NCBI GenBank assembly: GCA_964561265.1
Contig: CAZLOX010000002.1
Span: forward strand, 1 to 47,443
Direction: 5' to 3'
DNA from: an uncultured Lachnospiraceae bacterium
GTDB taxonomy: Bacteria; Bacillota; Clostridia; UBA1381
DNA length: 47,443 nucleotides
Under the pieces are notes generated by a model that was not told the DNA's origin, made no database searches, and saw only the letters and a list, made by a program, of their open reading frames with translations. Below are positions 9,350 to 17,640 of this stretch, one piece after another (position 1 is the first letter of the stretch; each line of letters begins with the position of its first letter). Made by a program: the position numbers and the translations under genes.

Positions 9350-10384
9350 ATGGCAAGAAACAATAGAAATACATACGGCAGAGGCGGCAGCAGCCGTAAG
9401 AGAAAAATTCAGATAAGGCGCTGGACTCTTGCGGTTCTGATTTTACTGATAATAATAAGCCTTATAGTTGTGGCGGCAAAATTTTTGTTTGCCGGCAATG
9501 ATGATGAAGAACAATCCTCCGCAACGTCTGCCCCGACAGCTGGAGTTACGGCAGATTCTGACGTATCGCCGCATCCTTCGATGATTACAGAACCGGATAA
9601 AGCGGTACCGGTTACTGCGTCACCGGTCGCTGAAACACCTTCGCCGGAAGGTACGGCAAATCCGGAAGAATCACCTTCTTCCGACCCGCAGGCAGACCCT
9701 GTATCGGCACCGGCGAATGAACTGGCATCGACAAATCTTCTGGATTCTGTGAAGAATGCCGACGGCGTAAAAACAGCATACCTGACATTTGATGACGGCC
9801 CGACAAAAAGCGTTACTCCGAGAATACTGGACACGCTGAGAAAGTATAACATAAAAGCTACATTTTTTGAGATAGGTTCAGGCATAGAGTCAAATCCGGA
9901 TATGGCAAGAAGGGTGTATGACGAGGGACATCTTATAGCTAATCATTCATACGCGCACAATTATGGTGAACTGTATGCAAGCGAGGAGAGTTTCTCGGCG
10001 GAAGTTCTGAAAACAGAATCGCTTATAAAAAGTGTCACAGGGCAGGAAACTATATTCAAACTTTTCAGATTTCCGGGCGGAGGTTTTAAATCTTCCAAGG
10101 ACAGATGGAGCGATAATAAGCAGAAATACAAAGACTGGCTGAAAGATAACGGTTATGTATACTGTGACTGGAACAGTCTGAACGGCGACGCGGAAGGCGG
10201 AGCGAAAACAAAGGACCAGCTTATAGAGGGCGTTAAAAGTTCGATAGGTTCACAGGAGGATGTTGTAATACTGATGCACGATGCGGCGGCAAAATCAACA
10301 ACAGCTGACGCACTTCCGGAAATATGCGAATATCTAATAAGTCAGGGATTTGAATTCAGACGCCTTGATGAATTTAACAAATAA
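9350..10384 (+). CDS. Membrane-anchored polysaccharide deacetylase (NodB homology domain, CE4)
   Basis: N-terminal TM anchor, then a Pro/Ser/Ala-rich linker. NodB motifs are present: TFDDGP, HLIANHSYAH, RFPGG. Confidence 0.85.
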   Translation: MARNNRNTYGRGGSSRKRKIQIRRWTLAVLILLIIISLIVVAAKFLFAGNDDEEQSSATSAPTAGVTADSDVSPHPSMITEPDKAVPVTASPVAETPSPEGTANPEESPSSDPQADPVSAPANELASTNLLDSVKNADGVKTAYLTFDDGPTKSVTPRILDTLRKYNIKATFFEIGSGIESNPDMARRVYDEGHLIANHSYAHNYGELYASEESFSAEVLKTESLIKSVTGQETIFKLFRFPGGGFKSSKDRWSDNKQKYKDWLKDNGYVYCDWNSLNGDAEGGAKTKDQLIEGVKSSIGSQEDVVILMHDAAAKSTTADALPEICEYLISQGFEFRRLDEFNK

Positions 10385-10505
10385 TCATATTGGTTATTCT
10401 GGATTTTTGTTAAAATTGATGAAATTGAAAAAAGCACTTGATTTTTATAATATAATATGGTAAAATAAAATCGTATTATCATTAAATTTTATGGAGGTGA
10501 AAATT

Positions 10506-10769
10506 GTGCCTAATATTAAATCAGCGAAAAAAAGAGTTAAGGTAACAAAGAAAAAGACTCTTATCAATCAAATGCACAAAACAGCTTTGAAAACTGCTGT
10601 AAAGAAGGCTGAAGCAGCTATCGCGTCAGGTGATAAGGAAGCAAGCAAAGCTGCGTTTAACTATGCTGTAAAGAAACTTGATCAGAGCGTATCACATGGC
10701 ATTCTTCACAAGAACGCTGCATCGAGAAAAAAATCACAGCTTGCTCTTAAATTAGCTAAATTAGGTTAA
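10506..10769 (+). CDS. rpsT: 30S ribosomal protein S20
   Basis: The S20 N-terminus PNIKSAKKRVKV is present. I prefer the GTG 10506 start because GGAGGTGA lies at 10493-10500. The ATG of the ORF track (10491) would put that SD inside the ORF. Confidence 0.9.
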   Translation: MPNIKSAKKRVKVTKKKTLINQMHKTALKTAVKKAEAAIASGDKEASKAAFNYAVKKLDQSVSHGILHKNAASRKKSQLALKLAKLG

Positions 10770-10796
10770 TTTATCTGATTGACTTGAAGAAAATTT

Positions 10797-10829
10797 CCGG
10801 ATATTCCATTGTGAATATCCGGTTTTTTT
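10797..10829 (+). terminator. Intrinsic terminator of rpsT
   Basis: 10-bp stem CCGGATATTC / GAATATCCGG with a 6-nt loop, followed by T7. Confidence 0.85.
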
Positions 10830-10872
10830 AAATTAGTTAATAAGAATTTACCGGAAAAATTTTTTTTATTGC

Positions 10873-10901
10873 TTGACAGCATATATAATTTATGCTATAA
10901 T
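10873..10901 (+). promoter_or_regulatory. Sigma-A-type promoter of the DAHP synthase leader
   Basis: TTGACA (10873-10878), 17-nt spacer, TATAAT (10896-10901). Confidence 0.65.
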
Positions 10902-10934
10902 TGTTTTGTAAAATGAATGAAAGGAATAAAAATC

Positions 10935-11033
10935 ATGAATAATATGATTCGGACAGCCGAATACTTTTATTGCTTTAGCTTTAGTGACTTTTATTACGCT
11001 AAGGTTTTTTTGCCGTCCGGATGTATTTGCTGA
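10935..11033 (+). CDS. Candidate aromatic-rich leader peptide (32 aa), not in the ORF track
   Basis: ATG 10935 is preceded by AGGA 9 nt upstream. Translation is MNNMIRTAEYFYCFSFSDFYYAKVFLPSGCIC, ending at TGA 11031-11033. Eight of the 12 residues at positions 10-21 are Phe or Tyr. Confidence 0.55.
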   Translation: MNNMIRTAEYFYCFSFSDFYYAKVFLPSGCIC

Positions 11034-11060
11034 TTTATATAATATCATATAGATATTACA

Positions 11061-11090
11061 GCGGTAATCGGATGGATTACCGCTTTTTTA
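11061..11090 (+). terminator. Leader (attenuator) terminator upstream of DAHP synthase
   Basis: 9-bp stem GCGGTAATC / GATTACCGC with a 5-nt loop, followed by TTTTTTA. It lies 83 nt upstream of the DAHP synthase start codon. Confidence 0.7.
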
Positions 11091-11172
11091 TTTGTTTTGA
11101 CAGCTATCGCTGCATAATAAATATTTGCAGCGTATAACATAAAAATAATTATTTTCAAAGGAGATTAAAATT

Positions 11173-12177
11173 ATGGTAATTATATTGAAATCAACGGCAA
11201 CAAAATCGGATGAAGAAGCTGTAATAAAGCAGATAAGCGATATGGGATTCTCGCCTGTGCATATTCAGGGTGAACATTCCGCTATAATAGGCGTTGTAGG
11301 CGACACATCCAAGATCAACGAGAGCGTTTTTCTCTCAAATGACGCGATCCGCGATGTAAAAAGAATTTCAGAACCGTATAAACTGGCAAACCGCAAAGTA
11401 CATCCCGAACCAAGTGTTTTTGATATTTCGGGAAGAAAAGTCGGAGAGGGATATTTCTCGGTTATGGCCGGTCCGTGTTCGGTGGAAACGCATGATCAGC
11501 TTTGCAGTGTGGCCGAATCGGTGAAAAAAAGCGGAGCCGCATTTCTGCGCGGCGGCGCGTTCAAACCGCGCACATCTCCATACGCGTTTCAGGGACTTGG
11601 CGTTGACGGACTGAAACTGCTGGTTGAAGCGAAACAGGAAACAGGTCTGCCTATCGTTACGGAGATTATGAATCCAAAGGATCTGCCTTTATTTGAAGAT
11701 GTGGATATTATTCAGGTCGGCGCGAGAAATATGCAGAATTTTGAACTTTTAAAAGAACTGGGATATGTAAATAAGCCGATACTTCTGAAACGCGGTCTTG
11801 CCAGCACTATACAGGAATGGGTTATGAGCGCCGAATATATTATGTCGGGCGGAAACGAGCAGGTAATATTCTGTGAACGCGGTATAAGAACTTATGAAAC
11901 ATTTACAAGAAATACTCTTGATTTGTCCGCTGTTAAGAAAATCTCTCATCTGCCGGTAATCATTGATCCGAGCCACGCTACCGGAATACCGTGGATGGTT
12001 AAGCCTCTTGCAAAAGCGGCTGTGGCAGTAGGCGCGGACGGCATTATGATAGAGGTTCATAACAATCCTGCAAAGGCATTGTGCGACGGTTCGCAGTCGC
12101 TTACTCCGGCGCAGTTTGACGATGTGATGGATACTATAAAAAGATATGCTGAATTTGAAGGGAAAATGCTGGATTAA
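11173..12177 (+). CDS. aroF: 3-deoxy-7-phosphoheptulonate (DAHP) synthase, type I-beta, with N-terminal ferredoxin-like regulatory domain
   Basis: A ~65-aa N-terminal ACT/FL-like domain (MVIILKS...GVVGD) precedes the catalytic core. Core motifs include [26 protein letters not shown] and GIMIEVH. AAAGGAGA SD is present. Confidence 0.9.
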   Translation: MVIILKSTATKSDEEAVIKQISDMGFSPVHIQGEHSAIIGVVGDTSKINESVFLSNDAIRDVKRISEPYKLANRKVHPEPSVFDISGRKVGEGYFSVMAGPCSVETHDQLCSVAESVKKSGAAFLRGGAFKPRTSPYAFQGLGVDGLKLLVEAKQETGLPIVTEIMNPKDLPLFEDVDIIQVGARNMQNFELLKELGYVNKPILLKRGLASTIQEWVMSAEYIMSGGNEQVIFCERGIRTYETFTRNTLDLSAVKKISHLPVIIDPSHATGIPWMVKPLAKAAVAVGADGIMIEVHNNPAKALCDGSQSLTPAQFDDVMDTIKRYAEFEGKMLD

Positions 12178-12189
12178 CAAAGGACAGAG

Positions 12190-12214
12190 CCTGCCGGTTT
12201 GATATATCGGCAGG
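12190..12214 (+). terminator. Putative terminator after DAHP synthase
   Basis: Stem CCTGCCG / CGGCAGG with an 11-nt loop. The T tract (TTCTTAAGATATTTT) is weak. Confidence 0.4.
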
Positions 12215-12310
12215 TTCTTAAGATATTTTCAGAAGAAAAAAGGATATATTATAAGCAATGTATAATATATTATATAATGATTTAAAATTATGATAACGGA
12301 GGGATCGGAA

Positions 12311-13246
12311 ATGGCGGCAGATACTCAGAATTTAGTTGATATCATTCTTGACAGCTACTCAAAATACGACACTACTGTAAAAATAGAATCGGCGCATATG
12401 CTTAATAAGGATGTTTTAATAGAGGTTGCGGAGGAAATACGAAAGATTTTATTCCCCGGATTTTTTTCGGAACACAATATCAGGAAAGAATATCTTAGCT
12501 TTATTGTCGGAGAAAGGCTGGAGTTTATTCAGTATAATCTGAAAAAGCAGATTACAAGGGCTCTTGATGATGACGATCTGCGGAATGGAGTTAAACATGA
12601 CGACATTTCCGAAAGAGCCGAAAATATAGTATATGAATTTATTAAAAGCATACCCAAAGTGAGGGAATATTTGTATACGGATATTCAGGCGGCATATGAC
12701 GGCGATCCGGCAGCGTCCAATACTGATGAAATTATCTTTTCATATCCCGGTCTGTTTGCTGTTACCATATACCGCATCGCTCATGAATTATGGCTTCTGG
12801 ATGTTCCTATGATTCCGAGAATTATGACTGAATATGCGCACAGCAAAACGGGAATTGACATACATCCGGGCGCGCAGATAGGGAAATACTTTTTTATAGA
12901 CCACGGAACCGGAATAGTTATCGGAAGTACAACTGAAATAGGAGAAAATGTAAAGATTTATCAGGGTGTGACATTAGGCGCGCTTTCAACAAGGCACGGT
13001 CAGCTTCTGCACGGCGTGAAACGTCATCCGACAATCGGAAACAACGTGACTATATATTCCGGAACATCTGTTCTCGGCGGCAGTACGGTGATAGGAAATG
13101 ATGTCACAATAGGCGGCAACGCATTTATTGTGTCGTCAATTCCGGATGGCATGAAGGTAAGCATAAGAAATCCCGAACTGCAGTACAGCAAGGGAATTTC
13201 GCCGGATGATTCCGATGAGGAAGGCTTCTGGGACTGGATCATATAA
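12311..13246 (+). CDS. cysE: Serine O-acetyltransferase (long EpsC/CysE form, hexapeptide repeats)
   Basis: Contains DPAA...IIFSYPGLFAVTIYRIAHELW, IDIHPGAQIG..FFIDHGTGIVIG and left-handed beta-helix repeats. Start moved to the ATG 12311 because GGAGGG lies 7 nt upstream. Confidence 0.8.
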   Translation: MAADTQNLVDIILDSYSKYDTTVKIESAHMLNKDVLIEVAEEIRKILFPGFFSEHNIRKEYLSFIVGERLEFIQYNLKKQITRALDDDDLRNGVKHDDISERAENIVYEFIKSIPKVREYLYTDIQAAYDGDPAASNTDEIIFSYPGLFAVTIYRIAHELWLLDVPMIPRIMTEYAHSKTGIDIHPGAQIGKYFFIDHGTGIVIGSTTEIGENVKIYQGVTLGALSTRHGQLLHGVKRHPTIGNNVTIYSGTSVLGGSTVIGNDVTIGGNAFIVSSIPDGMKVSIRNPELQYSKGISPDDSDEEGFWDWII

Positions 13247-13287
13247 GAGGCTGTCAGGCAGATTTTTACTTTAGCGGAGGAATTTTT

Positions 13288-14040
13288 ATGGAAATAAGCA
13301 TTAAACGTGACGGGTTGTCACTGCGTGGTGATTTAATCCGTCCTAATTCACAAAAAAGCCCTGTGGCGGTAATATTTCATGGATTGATGGCAAACAGAGG
13401 AAAAGATAAGTCATATATGTTCTGCAAAATGGCGGACGCACTGATTAACGCCGGCATAGCCGTTGTGAAATTTGATTTTGACGGACACGGCGAAAGTGAC
13501 GGTGATTTTTCGGATATGAATGTTTACAGCGAAATTCTTGATGCGGCAAAAATTATAGATTATGTCCGCGCTCTTGATTTTGTGACGGATATTTATATTG
13601 TCGGACATTCGCAGGGAGCGCTTGTCGGCGGTATGACGGCGGGGTATTATCGTGAATATGTAAAAAAACTTGTTATGCTTGCTCCGGCGGCAAGCTTAAA
13701 AGATGATGCACTCAAAGGGTCTTGTTTCGGAATATCCTATGATATATATAATACGCCGGAATATATCACTATGACAAATGTAGAAAATCAGAAATTCAAT
13801 GTGGGCGGATTATATTTCAGACTGGCGCGGACACTTCCGGTATATGAAACCACATCAATGTTTGAGGGCGAGACGCTTATTATTCATGGATCAAATGACG
13901 AGGCGGTTTCTCTTTCCGGCGCAAAAAAATATACCGAATATATGAAAAATGCAGTGCTTGAAATTATAGAGGGAGAAACTCACGGATTTGAGTTGTCGCT
14001 GGATAAAACAGTAGACAGAATCGTGGAATTTTTAAAATAA
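13288..14040 (+). CDS. Alpha/beta hydrolase, cinnamoyl/feruloyl-esterase-like
   Basis: GHSQGA nucleophile elbow. The overall pattern (RDGL.L.G...IFHG..ANR...FDF.GHG.SDG.F..M.V..E..DA) resembles lactobacillus cinnamoyl esterases as I recall them. Confidence 0.65.
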   Translation: MEISIKRDGLSLRGDLIRPNSQKSPVAVIFHGLMANRGKDKSYMFCKMADALINAGIAVVKFDFDGHGESDGDFSDMNVYSEILDAAKIIDYVRALDFVTDIYIVGHSQGALVGGMTAGYYREYVKKLVMLAPAASLKDDALKGSCFGISYDIYNTPEYITMTNVENQKFNVGGLYFRLARTLPVYETTSMFEGETLIIHGSNDEAVSLSGAKKYTEYMKNAVLEIIEGETHGFELSLDKTVDRIVEFLK

Positions 14041-14044
14041 AAAA

Positions 14045-14077
14045 ATCGTTTGCTGTGTATCGGCAAACGATTTTTTT
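14045..14077. terminator. Bidirectional terminator between convergent genes
   Basis: Stem ATCGTTTGC / GCAAACGAT, flanked by an A run on the 5' side and T7 on the 3' side. Confidence 0.75.
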
Positions 14078-14088
14078 GAGATGTCATT

Positions 14089-14964
14089 TTATGAGAAATC
14101 CTTTCTGTACTGCGACGGCTTTTGTCCGGTGTGCTTTTTAAACTGCGTTATAAAATTGCTTGTGTCGAGAAATCCGCATAACTCCGCAATAGCGGCAACT
14201 GATTTATCGGTGGAGCGAAGCAGTGTTTTTGACATATTTATTCTGTAATTTGTAAGGTAACTGTACGGAGTTATCCCCATTGCGCGCCGGAAACAGCGTA
14301 TAAAGTGATATTTTGAAATATGAACGTTTTTTATCATATCGTCTAAGGATATAGAGTCTGCATAATTGTCTTTTATAAATGCAATCACATTCCGGATATC
14401 GTCCGATACTTCTTTTTCAGCATGAATTTTCTCATCGTCCAGCGAAGAAAGGTGGATATCACTTAAAAGCGAATGTATTTCGGAGGATGCCGCGATACAG
14501 GAATTTAAGTCATTTTTGGCGGTGTATTGTATTATTCTTGACATTCTTTTTTTAAATCCGCTGAATTTGTCCATATTTACAGGAAGAAGGTTATTGTCGG
14601 GATAGATAATATCAAACAGCGGTGCCGCACCGCTGCCGTTGAAGTGTATCCAGAAAAATTCCCATGTTTCCGACACAGAATAGTATTCGTGAAGATTATG
14701 GCAGTCAATAATGATACAGTGTTCCGGCAGAAGCTGTATAGCGGTATCTGACGTGTGAACACAGCCCTGACCGCTGACTGTATACAGCAGAAGAAAACTG
14801 TCGTGAAAGTTTCTCTGTACTTTATAATCGCCGTTAGCCGTAAAATGTCCGGTTTCAGAAATGAAAAAGGGGAGTGTTTTTGCGGGAGTAGTAGGCGTTG
14901 CCGTTATCCATAATGAGTTGTCTGATATGCTTTCTTCGTATTTTTTCATCTGTACAGTTTTCAA
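14089..14964 (-). CDS. AraC family transcriptional regulator (cupin-like sensor + C-terminal HTH)
   Basis: C-terminal AraC HTH motifs: ISLDDMIKNVHISKYHFIRCFRRAMGITPYSYL...R and AIAELCGF.D.SNFITQFKKHTGQKPSQYR. Confidence 0.85.
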   Translation of the reverse strand: MKTVQMKKYEESISDNSLWITATPTTPAKTLPFFISETGHFTANGDYKVQRNFHDSFLLLYTVSGQGCVHTSDTAIQLLPEHCIIIDCHNLHEYYSVSETWEFFWIHFNGSGAAPLFDIIYPDNNLLPVNMDKFSGFKKRMSRIIQYTAKNDLNSCIAASSEIHSLLSDIHLSSLDDEKIHAEKEVSDDIRNVIAFIKDNYADSISLDDMIKNVHISKYHFIRCFRRAMGITPYSYLTNYRINMSKTLLRSTDKSVAAIAELCGFLDTSNFITQFKKHTGQKPSQYRKDFS

Positions 14965-15187
14965 GCGCGCTGGAACGGTCTGTCGACTATCCGGCTGCGC
15001 TGAAATTCCTCCTTATCAAACCGGTATTTTCTTATAAATTATATATATTATCAATTTATTTGTCAAGCGTATACGGATAAAAAAGCTTATCGGCTGAAAT
15101 ATTCGGCAGAATAGCCAATTTATTTATAGCGTATTTGTGCATATTAGATTCATTCAGGCGGAAACGTTTCAGATGATTACAGAAAAA

Positions 15188-15211
15188 ACGCGGAAGGATT
15201 ACCTTCCGCGT
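15188..15211 (-). terminator. Intrinsic terminator of the blaI/blaR1-like operon
   Basis: Stem ACGCGGAAGG / CCTTCCGCGT with a 4-nt loop, followed by TTTTTTC on the minus strand. It lies 23 nt after the stop codon. Confidence 0.8.
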
Positions 15212-15233
15212 TTTGTATAAAGATTTTGCAGTG

Positions 15234-17147
15234 TTATTGCTCAACTTTTTCTATCCCGCTCAATTCATTATCACGATAGACTGTACGGACATTGATTCCG
15301 CCCTGCTCTGACGATGTAAATGAAAATGCGCCGCCGGAAGGAGTTATATCCGCGAATATGTGTACAAGCTCGCCGTTATAATAAACATTTCCTATACCGC
15401 TTGCGTCAGGCGCTTCAACATACGATATGCCATACGGTTTGTACTTTGAAAATATATCTTCAAAGGTACGGCCGCCGCCGGTACCGTCAGCCTCTGATGT
15501 TTCCTGCAAAATCACATATCCTATATTCGTATTTTCAGCCAGATTAACATCGCCGCCTGCTGAAACGGCATCTCCATAGGTCACAGCGGAAAGAACCGAA
15601 GGTATAAATGTACGGGCTTTAAATTCCTCATCAGAATAAGGAGCTAATCCTGTCAGATTTCCCATCGGATCATAGCTGCCGTCGCCGTTGTCAACGCGTT
15701 CGCGCACAGTGTGAACATCAACATCACCCTTTTTTTCGCTGTCGGCATATTCTATCTTTACAGCCATTCCGTCATTGCCCATATCAACGCCGTCAAAGAA
15801 ATATCTTACTCTCTGACCTTTGTAGTATAAGATATCGGCGTTCTTATCCCATGACAGACCGTATTTGGTGTATTCCTCAAAATCGAATGATGTAGCAGGG
15901 CTTTCGCTTATTCCCGATGCAAGCATAACATCATCTGAGCCTTCAACCGTTTTTGAAATCAATACACCGTTTTTGATATCCTGTAATATTTTTTCATACA
16001 GCGCAATGGTTTCATCAACAATCTCTCTGCTCCAGACAAACTCTCCGCGGGTGCCTGTCCAGGCCTTCTGACCTATCATAGATTCAAGATTTATCTTTTC
16101 CTGTTCAAGCCATTTGGCATATTCGTCATAAGTCCACCATTCTACATTGGGGGACTCATAAACGGCATTGCCGGACAGGATAGTCCTGTCCTCTGATATA
16201 GTAGTATAGTTTGCAGTATCCGGAAGGGTATTTGTGGCGAATGCCACAGTTGTACCGGCTACCAGACAAATTGCAGCGGCAGCTGCTGCCGGAGTAATTT
16301 TTGTAAATTTCATAATTGCATTTATCCTTTCTTTAAGAGCGTTTCTGCTGAAACTGCTGCTGAACTGATACGAACCGGCTTTCTGTTCTTCCATCTGGAT
16401 AAGAGCCATAGCATAGGAAGATTTTCCGCCTCCAAGTATACGGATAACCTTTTCATCGCACGACAGCTCGATATCTCTGTTAGCGGTAATGTACATAATC
16501 CACACCATCGGATTAAACCAATGAACGCATAACGAAACGGTGAGCAGAAATTTAAAAATCGCGTCAAAACGTCTGATATGCACATATTCGTGAGTCAGCA
16601 CGTATTTAAGAATGTTCGTATCGTTCCAGTCAGTTTCCTTGGGCATCAGTATAACAGGCCGGAACAAACCGTATGTTAAAGGCGAGGAGATACGGTCGTA
16701 AACGCGGATTGAGAGCGGCCGTAATATCTGATGTTCTTCAAGCCAGTTTTTCAAAAAATCATTTTCAACGGGGAGGCTTTCGGCAAATCTTTTTCGCCAT
16801 ACAAAATACGAAACCGCAAAATAGGAGCCTGCCGCAAGCGTACCAATGATCCATACAGCTGTTTTAAGGCTGATAAACGGCACAGTTTCCGGAGAAATCA
16901 GTTCAGTATAAACTGCCGCGTCTGCTGTATTAACGGAATCTATATCATACGCGGCAGGCGCAGTATTTGTTTCGGTTACTTCAGACATTTGATTATGCGG
17001 AGCAACTATTGAGTACACGCTCAGTTTACAAGGCAATGAATAAGGAATAAGAAGCCGCGCCAGAACGATCCACCATAAAATGCAGAATGTCATTTTAGGC
17101 AGTCTGTTAAGCGTAAATGCGCGGATAAGCACAATCACCGTTATCAT
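15234..17147 (-). CDS. BlaR1/MecR1-like M56 family membrane metalloprotease-sensor with long non-canonical C-terminal domain
   Basis: HEYVHIRRFD zinc motif, N-terminal TM helices and a ~350-aa extracytoplasmic C-terminus. An upstream in-frame ATG (17181-17183) overlaps the blaI stop and is followed by an in-frame TGA (17154-17156); see findings. Confidence 0.8.
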   Translation of the reverse strand: MITVIVLIRAFTLNRLPKMTFCILWWIVLARLLIPYSLPCKLSVYSIVAPHNQMSEVTETNTAPAAYDIDSVNTADAAVYTELISPETVPFISLKTAVWIIGTLAAGSYFAVSYFVWRKRFAESLPVENDFLKNWLEEHQILRPLSIRVYDRISSPLTYGLFRPVILMPKETDWNDTNILKYVLTHEYVHIRRFDAIFKFLLTVSLCVHWFNPMVWIMYITANRDIELSCDEKVIRILGGGKSSYAMALIQMEEQKAGSYQFSSSFSRNALKERINAIMKFTKITPAAAAAAICLVAGTTVAFATNTLPDTANYTTISEDRTILSGNAVYESPNVEWWTYDEYAKWLEQEKINLESMIGQKAWTGTRGEFVWSREIVDETIALYEKILQDIKNGVLISKTVEGSDDVMLASGISESPATSFDFEEYTKYGLSWDKNADILYYKGQRVRYFFDGVDMGNDGMAVKIEYADSEKKGDVDVHTVRERVDNGDGSYDPMGNLTGLAPYSDEEFKARTFIPSVLSAVTYGDAVSAGGDVNLAENTNIGYVILQETSEADGTGGGRTFEDIFSKYKPYGISYVEAPDASGIGNVYYNGELVHIFADITPSGGAFSFTSSEQGGINVRTVYRDNELSGIEKVEQ

Positions 17148-17179
17148 AACCGCTCACAGAGTGCTCATTTGTATCAGAT

Positions 17180-17551
17180 TCATTTTTCTGCCTCTCCCAT
17201 TTTTTTAACAAGCTGTTTAAGTTCATCTATCTGACAGGCAGACAGGTTTTTTCTTCCAAGAAGCGCGGTGAAAAGCTTATCAACAGAGCCGTCATACAAT
17301 TTTCCGATAAGTTCATCTGTTTCTGCTTCCTGCGCCTTTTCCTTAGATACCAGAGCGTGGCACATAAAGTTCGGCTCGGTACGCAGAATAGCCTCTTTCG
17401 CTATACACTTCTTGATAACAGTGTAAGTTGTATTCATATTCCAGCCGATATCCTCCTTTAATTTGTCGGATATCTGCTTTGCTGTCATATCACCATCCTT
17501 CCATAAAACACTCATGACTTTAAGTTCCGAGTCAAAAAGTTTGACTGCCAT
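17180..17551 (-). CDS. BlaI/MecI/CopY family transcriptional repressor
   Basis: Winged-helix N-terminus (LSDSELKVMSVLW-type: FDSELKVMSVLWKDGDMTAKQI...WNMNTTYTVIKKC). Length (123 aa) and position upstream of an M56 gene both fit. Confidence 0.88.
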   Translation of the reverse strand: MAVKLFDSELKVMSVLWKDGDMTAKQISDKLKEDIGWNMNTTYTVIKKCIAKEAILRTEPNFMCHALVSKEKAQEAETDELIGKLYDGSVDKLFTALLGRKNLSACQIDELKQLVKKMGEAEK

Positions 17552-17568
17552 AATACCAACTCCTTTTC

Positions 17569-17586
17569 AAACTATTGCAATAGTTT
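17569..17586. promoter_or_regulatory. Perfect 18-bp palindrome, candidate BlaI-like operator O1
   Basis: AAACTATTGCAATAGTTT lies between the predicted -10 and the SD of the repressor gene. Confidence 0.6.
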
Positions 17587-17594
17587 ATAATTGC

Positions 17595-17623
17595 AGTATA
17601 TCACAGAATTTTGTATTTGTCAA
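17595..17623 (-). promoter_or_regulatory. Promoter of the blaI/blaR1-like operon
   Basis: Minus strand reads TTGACA (17618-17623), 17-nt spacer, TATACT (17595-17600), with TGa immediately upstream of the -10. Confidence 0.6.
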
Positions 17624-17640
17624 CACTATTCCAGTAGTTT
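17623..17640. promoter_or_regulatory. Second operator-like site O2 (15/18 match to O1)
   Basis: ACACTATTCCAGTAGTTT abuts and overlaps the -35 hexamer. Confidence 0.45.

Noticed and set aside
11015-11028. 14-mer GTCCGGATGTATTT shared with 46125-46138
   Set aside because: A single 14-nt match between two positions in a 47-kb AT-rich window is within chance expectation. There is no shared flanking context or plausible common function.
15056-15244. 62-aa ORF between the AraC gene and the BlaR1-like gene
   Set aside because: It overlaps the operon terminator hairpin (15188-15211) and the end of the BlaR1-like gene. It has no SD and is AT-rich intergenic sequence.
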